64,000 nucleotides of DNA from Octopus sinensis (GCF_006345805.1 NC_042997.1:11904001-11968000); one strand, 5' to 3'; numbered from the stretch's first letter, positions 41,141 to 53,399 are shown. Made by a program: numbers and translations. The notes: a model not told the origin generated them from the letters alone.

Positions 41141-41396
41141 ATGAATTAGGGTAAATGGTTTTAAATTTTCACCTAATTTCTGAATTACTACTACTTGGCG
41201 GTGTGAGTTATGGCTGCTCTTTCTGGTGGACGAATGGCCTGTTAAGGTCACTCCTAAATTGTTATATTTATATATTTAGTCTTTGACTATTTTCTCTTTT
41301 CCACTAGGCCGCTGGTAGCGATAAATTTCTATTGAATTTTTTGCTACCCTAAATTGACTAATATATATATATATATATATAATATATATATGTGTG

Positions 41397-41442
<46 letters not shown>

Positions 41443-41443
<1 letters not shown>

Positions 41444-41848
41444 TAGCTGTATCGCCCGGCGTTGCTCGGGTTTGTAAGGGAAATAACTATATAAGTATTT
41501 TTAGAGAGTTATAGCCCAAAAATAGCAAAAAAATGCATTAAAAATGGAAAAAAATGATGATAAACTTTTTTTTAAATCGTTGACTCATCGTAGAGATTTT
41601 TAGAGAGTTACTTCCCTTATATAATACCGAAAAAAATGCATTCAAATGGAAAAAATTGATGGTAATTTTTTTTTTAAATTGTAGACTCATCGTAAACGCG
41701 CGCTAATACCCAGAAGGGCTCGATATGAATTACGACCATAAGATACCCGGTTTTGTAAAACTGTACCGCAAAATGTGGGAGTAGTTAGGAATCTAAATCG
41801 TAGGACACACAACCTCTTTCTCTCTCTCCTCTCTCTCTCTCCTCTCTC

Positions 41849-41881
<33 letters not shown>

Positions 41882-41921
41882 GTTATATATATATATATAA
41901 TATATACTCTAATATATAAGA
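41443..41921 (-). mobile_element. Non-autonomous Helitron-like element
   Basis: Minus strand starts TC (41921-41920) after A and ends CTAG (41446-41443) before T. GC-rich hairpin cccgagcaacgccggg lies 8 nt from the end. Internal about 105-bp duplication. Shares its 3' end with 55627-55997. Confidence 0.75.
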
Positions 41922-42094
41922 TACATATACAGGCAGACAGACATAATATACAGGCAGTCAGAAAAAGGGGGCAATCTCATTTGTTTTAATATTGTCGGTT
42001 TGTCACGAGTTCGAAAACGAAAGAAAGCGCTAATGGATCATCCAAAATTCTGAATTCAATATCCATACACCGCTTCAATCACTCTACACACACG

Positions 42095-42160
<66 letters not shown>

Positions 42161-42184
42161 ATGCATACGTATACCTATGTATGC

Positions 42185-43005
42185 GTATCTTTGTGTTTGT
42201 TCCGCCATCGCCTGAAAACCGGTATTGGTTTCTTTACGTCCCTGAATCTTAGCGGTTCGGCAGAATGACCCGATAGAAGTATTAGACTTACAAAAAAAAA
42301 AAAAAAAATAGTACTGGGGTCAATTTGTTCTACGAAACCTTTCAAAGCGGAGCCCTAGCATCGCTGTAGTCCAATCACGGAAACAACTAAAGGATAGAAG
42401 AATCTTTTCTTTTCTATGCACAACGCTCGAAATTTGCGGGCAACTGATACTTAATTTGGTACGCAACTGGTACTTATTTTATCGACCCCGAAAGGATGAA
42501 AGGTAAAGTCGACCTCGGCGGAATTTGAACTCAGAACGTAACGGCAGACGAAATACCCATTTCTTTACTACCCACAAGGGGCTAAACACAGAGAGGACTA
42601 ACAAGGACAGACAAACGGATTAAGTCGATTATATCGACCCCAGTGCGTAACTGGTCCTTCATTTATCGACCCCGAAAGGATGAAAGGCAATGTTGACCTC
42701 GGCGGAATTTGAACTCAGAACGTAACGGCAGACAAAATACCGCTATGCATTTCACCCGGCATGCTAACGTTTCTGCCAGCTCGCCGCCTTAAATACCTAT
42801 TTCTTTACTAGCTATTACTCTACTACCCACAAGGGGCTAAACACAGAGAGGACAAACAAGGACAGACAAACGGATTAAGTCGATTATATCGACTCCAGTG
42901 CGTAACTACTACTTATTTAATCGACCCCGAAAGGATGAAAGGCAAATTTGAACTCAGAACGCAGCGGCAGACGAAACACCGCTAAGCATTTCGTCCGCCG
43001 TGCTA
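42185..43005. mobile_element. SINE cluster: 3' body of the composite SINE (+, about 42185-42400) and three tandem family A copies (-, about 42455-43005)
   Basis: cttagcggttcggc...ggggtcaatttg in the first part; ttatcgaccccgaaaggatgaaagg occurs three times; head ctgccagctcgccgcc at about 42773-42788. Confidence 0.85.
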
Positions 43006-43319
43006 AGAGAATAAAAAACGAATGATAAAGAGCGAACCTCTGCTTTGTCATTCGACCCGTTAGAGAAAACATCTACAATTAAGTGCTTCTCTTCAAAACC
43101 CTGTATTTAAATATTAGATTTTAAAAGCCACTTAACAGCGTAGTCCGCAGTAAAACTATCTGAAAAACAAAGGAACACCTGTCTATGGATATAAAGTCTT
43201 CTCAGCCATAACCGACATGGTACTAAACAACAACAATAACAACAATAAAGCAGCCACAACAATAACAATACAAGTCACAACAACAATAACAACAGTTACT
43301 GACGTCAACAACTGCAATG

Positions 43320-43505
43320 TGGAGGCGCAATGGACCAGTGGTTTGGGCAGTGAACTCGCGGTCGTAAGAACGCGGTTTCGATTCCCAGACTGGGCATTGT
43401 GAGTGTTTATTGAGCAGAAACACATAAGCTCTATGAGGCTCCGGCGGGGAGGGGTGGTGAACCCCGCTGTAGTCTTTCACGACAACTTTCTCTCATTCTT
43501 TCTTC
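43320..43505 (+). mobile_element. tRNA-Arg-like SINE (octopus OR-type head)
   Basis: ggaggcgcaatggaccagtggtttgggcagtgaactcgcggtcgtaagaacgcggtttcgattccc: A-box- and B-box-like motifs and a TCG loop. Family name is from memory and needs a library check. Confidence 0.65.
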
Positions 43506-43889
43506 CTACTTCTGCCACAAAGCAGAGGAACCATGGTGTAACCCACTATGGTGTGGTAAACTTTTAGACCCTTGTCTAGATTGTGAATCCTCTGTACCCC
43601 AGGATGGTTCAGCTCTCCACCCGTTTACGGAATGAGGATAACAACGTAGCTTTCGCGCCCGTGCAACCGTCAGTCTATCGCGTGTAGTGGGCGGATCTTC
43701 AAGTTGCCACACGCATTCTTAGTAGCTTAGAGTCTGCTCGAATTAGAGATTATTCTTTGTGGCTATTGGCGTGAGTCCTGATTGGAAGAAGAAGAAGAAG
43801 AAGAAGAAGAAAACAGCAATACCTCCACCAGTAGTGGCAGTTGTAGTAGTGACAACGACAATATTCGTAATAATCCTTTTTATTGACAC

Positions 43890-44085
43890 TAAGCCTGAAA
43901 TTTGTAGGAAAGGTTTTAGTCGATTATATTGATCCCAGTGCTCAACCAGTACTTATTTCGTCGGTCGGTCGGCCCCGAGAGGATGAAAGGCAAAGTCGAC
44001 CTCGGCGGAATTTGAACTCATAAACGAAAAGCCGTTGAACGTTTTGTTCGGCGCAGTAACGATTCTGCGAACTCGCACCCTTAAC
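43890..44085 (-). mobile_element. Family A SINE
   Basis: ccccgagaggatgaaaggcaaagtcgacctcggcggaatttgaactc and head remnant aacgattctgcgaactcgc. Confidence 0.8.
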
Positions 44086-45665
44086 AATACTCATGATGAT
44101 AATTTCAAATTTTGGCATCAGACTAGCAATAGTAGGGTGAGACGATTAATCGATTACACAGATCATGTTATTTGACTGGTACTTTATTTTATCGTCTGCG
44201 AAACGACGAAAGGTAAAATTAAAATCGGTGGTATTTGAAGATAAATCAATGTACATAAAACAATGCAATTAACTAAATAAAATACGTCTTATACCTCTAG
44301 TATAACCATCAGTTTCTCTAGTGTTCTTTGCGAAATATAAAAATAGTTTGGCTATAAAGAACAGAAGCCAAACTTCTCGACTAAAAATTATACTTTGCTG
44401 CCAAGTTTATTTAGCTTACGCGATGGATGGAGAAGTAGCTAAGACCTAAAATAATTGCCCACTTTGAAGGCAGCTATCAATGATTATAATCATTAATAGT
44501 TGCCTATAATGGTTATCATAAAAGTATTAATGTAGTCATAGGTGTATGACACTAGCTGCAAAATCAAAATACTATTTGGGAACGGTTTATTAGAAGATCT
44601 TAGAGCTTAAGTGGTTTAAATATTTTGCTACGCAGTGAGTTTAAATCCTATCGTAGCTTCTTCTGGTATTCCGTAGCATTCTTCTGAGATTCAATAAAAT
44701 AACTACCAGGATGTCCTAGATTTCAATTCAATCGACTTGTAGTCTTGTGCTAATGTCAGAAACTACTGCAAACGAACATTTATTATCGGAGTCTAGGAAC
44801 AGATAATTGAAGCAAAAAATTTCTGTGTCGTACGGATTATATTACACAAACGTGATTTGTGTAAAGTTTGATTTTTTTATCAACTGCACATGAGAAAGCT
44901 TCTTAATGGAGCCTGCTTAACTCTTGCAGGAAACGAAATTGAATAAAATGAAAATTTGAGATTATTTAATTGAGAAACTATTTAATTAAAAGAATTGAAA
45001 CTAAAATAAATGGTTTCGTTTCGCCAGATAATGATTGTATCAATTTATCCGAGTTTGTAATTTAATTGATTTAATTAAAGTGCCTATCAAATTGGTGTGA
45101 TTTCCTGAACATTGATTTTAAAGATCGATAATTTAACATTCAATAAGTTCCAAATAATTCTTCACTATTTTTTTCTATTCTAAAGTTTGATTGCAATTGT
45201 GTTGTTAAAAGTAACTTTATTTGAAAGCTACAATTTCATGCAGTTCCTAAAGTACTCGAGTGCGTTTGAGCATCAGAGCTTTTAGCCAAGAATTTAGTTA
45301 GAATCTAATCCCAGGTGTTTTCACTTACCCATCATTAGCTCAGACCTCCCTTATCAATATGCATGTGTACATACATACATACATACATACATACATACAT
45401 ACATACATACATACATACATACAAGCATGCATATATTTAAATGCACTGTTTAGTTAAATTGGTTTTCCATTTAAACTGGTTCTCCCTCTGGTACAACACA
45501 GGCTTGCAACTTTATTCAAATATTTTGACATGCTTTAAGGCGCATATCTACCGGGGTTATTTCTCATTCTTGGATAATAACTTAAGATGTATATAATATA
45601 TTTGTATGTATATGTAGGTATATATTTGCGTTCTTGTCCCAGTTTGTGTTTTTTTACATTTATAT

Positions 45666-45716
<51 letters not shown>

Positions 45717-45720
45717 TATA

Positions 45721-46470
45721 TAAGTAATGAGGGAGATAAATTAATATTAATTTTAATATCAATTTAAAACCAGTAGTCCAGCATTCAAAAAATCTGAGAA
45801 GTCAGAGAAAATTCTAATATATGTGTATATAGGCAGGGCTGGCCTGCTAGGTAGCCGGCCGAATGCTAGAAAGAGATCATCAACGATCAAACTACAAGGG
45901 AAATTCTCTAGAGGAAGAATTCAGCGAACACCAGAACCAAATTTGGCGGGCAGGACATATGAATTTTTTGAATGCTGGACTACTGGTTTTAAATTGATAT
46001 TAAAATTAATATTAATTTATCTCCCTCATTACTTAAATATTGAAATAAATACGTTCCCTAGTAGTAAGCACTAACCGCAGTGAATTATTCACTGCAGTCC
46101 TTCGCTTCAGGAATTTCTTAGCGCGCCAGAACCAAGACATTTGAAATTTTATCCCCGATGTAAACGGTAAAACTAAGCACGTTTCTGTCTTGACACAGAG
46201 AGCTGGGGTTAGTTTTACAGTTTGCATCTCGATGACCGAATGTACTGATGAAGTTACGGACATTTGAATTATGTAAGTAATTCTTTTGTTAAAGACCGAA
46301 ACCGAGGTATGCATTTAAGTCTGTTTTTTATTTAAATTTTCATATGTCCTGCCCGCCAAATTTGGTTCTGGTGTTCGCTGAATTCTTCCTCTAGAGAATT
46401 TCCCTTGTAGTTTGATCGTTGATGATCTCTTTCTAGCATTCGGCCGGCTACCTAGCAGGCCAGCCCTGCC

Positions 46471-46475
<5 letters not shown>
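45721..46475. mobile_element. HHR-containing non-coding unit with two interleaved perfect inverted repeats
   Basis: 45721-45792 is the reverse complement of 45964-46035 (72 bp); about 45826-45963 is the reverse complement of 46339-46475 (about 137 bp). (TA)n on both sides. Confidence 0.9.
46240..46314 (+). ncRNA. Type I hammerhead-like motif with long, imperfect stem II
   Basis: atgta-CTGATGA-agtta...agacc-GAAACCGAGGT-A-tgcat: 5-bp stem I with one GU, stem III ACC/GGT, GUA site. The base of stem II is poorly paired. Confidence 0.55.
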
Positions 46476-46506
<31 letters not shown>

Positions 46507-46627
46507 GATATATATATATAGAAGATAGAAAAGAGTGAAAAAATGACAGAAGGCATGTTTTAAAAGGTTAAAGAATATATTTAGTCGTTATGTTAGAAAA
46601 ATGTAACATATAGTAACATAGTTTTTG

Positions 46628-46665
46628 GAGAAATTACCGTTTCGTGTTAACTTTTCAAATTTCTC
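46628..46665 (-). ncRNA. Minimal type I hammerhead ribozyme, U3-A8 variant
   Basis: gagaaat-TTGAAAA-gt taac ac-GAAACGGT-A-atttctc: 7-bp stem I, 2-bp stem II with tetraloop, GUA site at 46635. Confidence 0.75.
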
Positions 46666-46740
46666 AAATGTCTTTACCTACATCGTGTCTTGTCTTCGTT
46701 ATGTAGTACAAAGAAGAGTTCCAGGCAGGATATATATATG

Positions 46741-46783
<43 letters not shown>

Positions 46784-47173
46784 CATATATATATATATAT
46801 AAATGTAGACGAATATAAAATGTTACCGATTTACCTCCCCTTTACTGTAAAATACCTTGGTTACCAATTTCCTTCCCCTAGAAAGCAAGATGTCTAATTC
46901 GGAAATTCATCCAAAACTCATATTTTGAAAAGCGATAAAGAAACCGGTTGCCATATTTTAAGAAAAAATCTTATTTTGTACAATATTGTAAAATACCTTT
47001 ACTTTTATGATTCTAACATATTCTGTAGTCTTTTAAAACAAATCTAATCTTCTATGTTTTTTTATCTTATTTCTTTCCGGATTTTCCGTATATATATATA
47101 TATATATTATATATATATATATATATTATATATGTATGTTGTATGTATGTATGTATGTATGTATGTATGTATG

Positions 47174-47233
<60 letters not shown>

Positions 47234-47238
47234 CATAC

Positions 47239-47311
<73 letters not shown>

Positions 47312-47438
47312 ATATATATGTAAAATGTAAACATACATAAGGGAACGAGGTGTACGTACGCCGCAATAATATAGGTATAAAAATTATATATAAAGAAACA
47401 AGAACGTGAAATACACAATATATATATATATAATATAC

Positions 47439-47489
<51 letters not shown>

Positions 47490-47505
47490 TATATATACAT
47501 ATATC

Positions 47506-47543
<38 letters not shown>

Positions 47544-47610
47544 TATATATTGTGGTGCCCCAGCAGGACTACAGCTTTAAAGTTGAAGGAAATAAAAAAT
47601 TTTAAAGAAA

Positions 47611-47647
<37 letters not shown>

Positions 47648-47651
47648 AATG

Positions 47652-47860
47652 TGACCTCGTGTGTACCGTTGGCGATTTTTATTTCTCCCGTCTGCCCTTC
47701 TTTGGAACTTTCCTTTTCCTATGTTTCTGACGAAGTGCTCCGCTCGAATCGTTAGACCCTCCTTCTTTCCTTCTTTCCCGAGCGTCCAATAACACTATAC
47801 TTGTTCCACGTCCTCGCGTTGTTGTGTTTTCTCTTTGTGTTTTCATGTTTGGATTAACTA
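47652..47860 (+). mobile_element. Family H1 pLTR-like repeat (copy 2)
   Basis: gttt-CTGACGA-a-gtgc tcc gctc-GAATCGTT; homologous to 11506-11710; flanked by (TA)n. Confidence 0.8.
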
Positions 47861-48626
47861 TATATATATATAATATAATATATATAATATATATATACAC
47901 ACAGAGCAATAAATATATATATTATACACCATGCATATATATTATAGACCATGCATATATATTATATATTGCATATATATACTTATATATATGAGCAGAT
48001 TTTGTTTTTATCCAAAATGGAGACGAACACCATTCCTTCATACGATCGCTAAAAAACATTGTTAAGTTATTAAGATACTTTTTTATTTTTCTAAACATGA
48101 AACAAATAGTATCCTTAATACACAAATAAAGAAATTCTATCTACTAACGCGGTGTTGGACACCCATTTTCATCGTTTGATATTTACGCATGTGTGTGTGT
48201 GGGTGTATGTGTATATATATATTTACATATTCAATTATCTATTATATATACATCATGTATATATATATATAGGGAGAATTCACAAAAACAACAACAAAAG
48301 ACGAAGACAGGTGGTGTAGACAACTGACAGACGTATTAGTTTAATACTCGGGAAGTGAAAAAGTCTTTAACATCACTGTACATAAATCCCCTCACCAAAC
48401 AAGGTTTTTGAAACTTGTCTCTGTCTGTACACATATATATTCCCTTCCCATTACCGAAAACTGAACAGTTATCTCTCTTACCCACAACAATAACAATAAT
48501 AACGACAACCAATTACCTCCCTTTATTTATCTACCTATGAAGTCATTCACTCGTGAATTTCATCACACAAGACATGGACCAATTTTGTTCTTCAGAAAAA
48601 ATATATATTCAAATAAGTAAAACATA

Positions 48627-48661
48627 ATATCATGAATAGCGATAGCGAAACCGGTCGATAT
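48627..48661 (+). ncRNA. Minimal type I hammerhead ribozyme, A3-U8 variant
   Basis: atatc-ATGAATA-gc gata gc-GAAACCGGT-C-gatat: 5-bp stem I, 2-bp stem II, palindromic stem III ACCGGT, GUC site at 48656. Confidence 0.7.
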
Positions 48662-49198
48662 ATTGAAAATTATATTAAAACTATGTAAGTGTGCGTATTT
48701 TACTTTTTTAATTTCCTATATACATCACAACTCACCCCGTGGTGATAATCGAAATTCCTCTTTTCTGTTACTACTATATATATATATAATATATAAAACA
48801 GCTCTAATTAATATAACATTGTACTGTGTAAAAAATTATTAATTACTTGCTGGCAAAATTTAGTGTTATGTATTCCCATGGGCACAGACTGTGTTCTTCA
48901 TTTATGATCTGATAGCGATTTTTTCCCTCAGGGCTATCGGGACTTGTGTTTGAAATGACAATGGCTGTAGCAGAGAGAAAATATAGTCACGCCATGGTCT
49001 TTCCCCTCCAATCTTTTCATCAAGACTCAGTGGACTAAATAAGAAGAGTAGAGAAAAATACGTATGTGCAGGTTGTATACTTGGATATATTTATGCATGC
49101 GTCTATGTACAGATGTATATATTTATGTAAATATACTGTCGTGTATGTATATGAACGTGTGTGTATAAGTATGTATGTATGTATGTATGTTTCTGTAT

Positions 49199-49400
<202 letters not shown>

Positions 49401-49452
49401 ACCAGTGGCTTAGCATATTTAAAAATCTGAAGATTAAAAATTGTGTTACATA

Positions 49453-49511
49453 CAAAATTAAGAGGAATGACCTCTAAAGTGGACACCTTTAGTGGCCATT
49501 CCTCTTAATTT

Positions 49512-49513
<2 letters not shown>
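49453..49513. repeat. Compact hairpin, 27-bp arms, 7-nt loop
   Basis: caaaattaagaggaatgacctctaaag-tggacac-ctttagtggccattcctcttaattttg; 25 of 27 positions are complementary. Confidence 0.9.
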
Positions 49514-49596
<83 letters not shown>

Positions 49597-50094
49597 ATGT
49601 ATATATGTATGTATATGCGACTAATACCGCGGTTGCCAAGCGTTTTACAATATATATGCATATGTGTGTGTGTGTATGTGTGTGTATCTGTGTGTATGTA
49701 TATGAGTGAAGGCATGTGTAATTTGTCTGAAGTATTGCAAGGAAGAAATGAAATAAACCTTCGAAAATACTCTGAGCAACGCAGATAAAACAGGTAGAAT
49801 ACGACAGGTAGTCATTCAATAAAAAGAAAAAGAAAAAATATTTTATTACCATACATGAGTTGTTTAACGATCGTATAATATTTTGGAAAGAATTTCTCTC
49901 CACAAGTAAAAAGAATAGTAAAGAGTCAGGAGAAATGTGTGGTTACCGGCGGTCATTGTACTATACTGCACATATGGTTGTATATATGCATTGGTGTGAA
50001 GCTAGGATTTTGACTACATACAAGCACATATGTATCTACGTGTATGGATGTTCTTCTATTCATTGATTCATGCACGTTGTTATATGTTTATATA

Positions 50095-50487
50095 CTCTTT
50101 TACTCTTTTACTTGTTTCAGCCATTTAACTGTGGCCATGCTTGAGCACCGACTTTAGTCGAAGAAGTCGACCCCCAGGACTTATTCTTTGTAAGCCTAGT
50201 ACTTATTCTATCGGTCTCTTTTGCCGAACCGCTAAGTTACGAGGATGTAAACACACCAGCATTGGTTGTCAAGCGATGTTGGGGGGGGGGGACAAACACT
50301 AACACATAAACACACACACATACATATATATACATATATAAGACGGGCTTCTTTCAGTTTCCGTCTACCAAATCCACTCACAAGGCTTTGGTCGGACCGA
50401 GGCTATAGTTGAAGACACTTGCCCAAGGTCCATTGGGACTGAACCCGGAACCATGTGGTTGGTAAGCAAGCTACTTACAACACAGCT
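50095..50487 (-). mobile_element. Composite tRNA-derived SINE (family B + body)
   Basis: Same as 12113-12512. Confidence 0.85.
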
Positions 50488-51168
50488 GTTCCTTTTATAT
50501 ACAGACACTCTTGATTAGTCAGAAGGAAAACTTTAATCAACATAAATCGTGGCTGAGTATTGCATATCTTTACTTTCCCGTCTTACTGAACTCTAAACAA
50601 TTCAATTATCGAACCAAAATCACTACTTCCACGATATCATGTATTTTTCAATCTGCATTCTACAAGCAAATATTTTCCTCCTATGCTTTTTCATTCCCTT
50701 TCCAACACAACCACTTCTCCTGTCTATTTATACCACACCCAATTCTCATTCACATTGCTCTACCTACAATACGAACAACCTGCAAAACCTTTTTAAAGAC
50801 AGAAGGAACCAAAGAGACTCGCAACCTTATGACGGCGAGCAAGATGAAACTTCGGAGGCACCGTTAGCAATTACCTCCATAAAAATTTACATGTACTCTG
50901 CCACAAAGAATTGAGCGTTAATTTTCATCTCCACCTGCTAGAATTAGCAGCCAAATCTACCTCAAATTACACCTTAGAACCACATAAATAAATTACATCT
51001 TTAATAATGTAATTGTAATGCGAAAAAAGCCAAAATATGAAAAAGTCTGGGTCGTCACGGCTTGAATAATTCTAATCATGGGTCTGCTTATACAGAACTA
51101 ACAAAATGACAACAACTCTCTGCAGTCTTCTTGTTATTTATATATAGTTAAATGGTTATAGAGCGATG

Positions 51169-51245
51169 AACCACTGAAGGGAATCGAACCAGCATTCTTC
51201 GTGGTGCTAGTCCACTACCTTAGCCACTCAGCTATGTACAGTGGC
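51169..51245 (-). pseudogene. Degenerate tRNA-like sequence (tRNA pseudogene or orphan SINE head)
   Basis: gccactg-tacatagctgagtggctaagg...ggttcgattccc-ttcagtggt: 7-bp acceptor-like stem and A/B boxes, but a 4-nt insertion and a broken anticodon stem. Confidence 0.5.
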
Positions 51246-51330
51246 TCCTTGCACGCACATACTTGTGCAAACACATCCTGTATGTATCTCTGTCTGTTTA
51301 TATGCGTGTTTGTTTGTGTGTGTGTGTGTG

Positions 51331-51375
<45 letters not shown>

Positions 51376-51583
51376 GTGGTTAAGTGAAGAAGAATTTAGT
51401 AAAGCAAATAGTTAATTTGATAACAAGAATATTGTGAAACAAATGTAAAACGGATGATGAGAAGAATGAGAAGGCGGAAGAGAAAAAGAGGTTGGAGGTA
51501 GAAGGTGAATACGAAGCAAGGTAGGAGTTTATTAAGGTGAAGCAGAAAGAACAGAAGAAAAGGGAGGAGGAGGAGGAGGAGGA

Positions 51584-51614
<31 letters not shown>

Positions 51615-52812
51615 AAGAAGAAGAAATTTAGAAGGGGAAGGAGAGAAAGAAGACGAAACAAAAAAAAGAAGACGAAAAGTAAAGGAAGGGGAACAAGAAG
51701 AGAAGGGGAAAGAAAGGAAGAGGTAGAGGAACAACAAGATTAGAAAAAAGAAGGGAGTGTTGATGAATGAAAAGAATGAGAAGGAAGACAAATATAGGAG
51801 AACAAAAAGGGATAAGAAAAAGAAGAAAACGAGAATAAAAAGAAGGATAGTAAAACCGAAGAAGGAGGAGGAGGCGGTGTATATCGATGTTTGTTTTCGA
51901 ACGTTTGATTAAGTTTGTGTTTTTATTCGGCCTTGCACAATGGTTTAATAAAACAGCTTTCAGTCGAATTTAATCTAAAAACATAGAGAATATTCGATTT
52001 ATGCCGCCGGAAGAACATCAATTTAGAAGAGAACGGCTACAGATATGTTTAGCATCGCAGAGCTGTATATTTTTTTTAGTGACTGTTATTTAACAGATCT
52101 TGGCTGTTAAAGATTAGTTCTCGTTGTAGACAGAGAGAAAATGGCCGTGGAAAAATGGAAATGTAATAGTAAAGGGAGAAAAATAGTTTAAAAAGGAAAA
52201 TTAGAATATCATTCCTAGATACCATTTTGATTTGACGTAGGAACGCATTCACATAGATATTCACAGAAAAACACATATACATATACACATCCGTTCTTTC
52301 ATAGATACAAGTATACACACGCACAAACATATACACAGACACACGTGCATAGAAGTTCTGCGTGGATATATATGTGTGGGTGAGTGCGTATATGTTTATA
52401 TGCGCGTAACTGTGTATATATGTGTGTATATACACGTTTGTGTATGCGCAACTTTGTGATTCTGTTTGTTCCCACTGCTTGAGAACTGGGTTTCGTTTGT
52501 TGATGACCGCTTAACATCGAGGTTTTGCAAAATATGGGCGACAGAATATGTATCCGGTTAAAAAAACAAAAAAACTAGGGTAGTTTTGTTCAACTAAAAT
52601 CCTTCAAAACCTGACTAAACAAGTGCAAGAGAAAGAATTATGCACATATATATACATATATGTAGCATTCTGCATCGTAAACTTACCTGCCAAAAACCTG
52701 GAAACTGCGGAATTCGTCTGGAGAAAGCCTGTCGTGTCGGCGTGTAGTGATAAAAAGACACTGATATCTATCCGTAGCAGACGAGCGGTGTATCGTAGTG
52801 GTGATGGAATGG

Positions 52813-53399
52813 CTAAATACACATTTTTGCTTCTTTGAGCATCATCAGTATGAAACATCCACTGGCAACTGAGTGCTAAGGGCAATGATGCTTACACTGG
52901 TATAGAAAAGCAGTGATTAACAAATCACAAATCGGCAGGCTGGATAGAAACCCCTTTCTGCTGAATCAAACAGTATTCATTCAAAGTAACATCCCATATA
53001 TTTAATGCAGATATATCGTTAAAAGCCAGAAAGCTGCGGTATCCGTCTTGAGAAAGCATTCTGAATTGACGTTCAAAAACTGAAATATATTAATTGCAAA
53101 TGCAGAATGTCTAACAGTGAAGAAAAGAGATTACTACATACACATATCTGCTTCCCTGAGCCTCATCAGTCGCAAGCACCCACAAGCAGACGTATGCTAA
53201 GAAAAATTTTAACAAGATAGAAATCGAAAAGCAGTGATTGAGAAACCACTGGTGTAGCAGTTAGACGGCATACGGGTATATTTCTCGAAATTAATATCGT
53301 AATTTCCAGGTGTTTTACAGTATATCTGCATTAAATATGTAATACAGAATGCTATTTTGAACTAATACTACTAATAAGGAATTTTTATCCAGCCTGCCG
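52813..53399. repeat. Interleaved diverged direct (52813-52925 / 53134-53248) and inverted (52933-53030 / 53305-53399) repeats
   Basis: Shared gagc.tcatcagt and gaaaagcagtgatt in the direct pair; cggcaggctggata / tatccagcctgccg and tatttaatgcagatata / tatatctgcattaaata in the inverted pair. Confidence 0.75.

Larger units (their letters stand above)
40170..41361. mobile_element. HHR-containing 473-bp non-coding unit: about 1.5 tandem copies (40633-41361, +) preceded by one inverted copy (40170-40632)
   Basis: 40633-40888 repeats at 41106-41361; 40170-40632 is the near-identical reverse complement of 40801-41261. (TA)n on both sides. Confidence 0.9.

Noticed and set aside
48540-48600. Minus-strand CTGAAGA...GAAA with palindrome ATTCACGAGTGAAT
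   Set aside because: Position 17 would be G and stems I and II do not pair.
50511-50914. Overlapping 118-aa and 91-aa ORFs in non-repetitive sequence
   Set aside because: No recognisable motifs; lengths are within chance expectation. A blastx search would be needed to reconsider.
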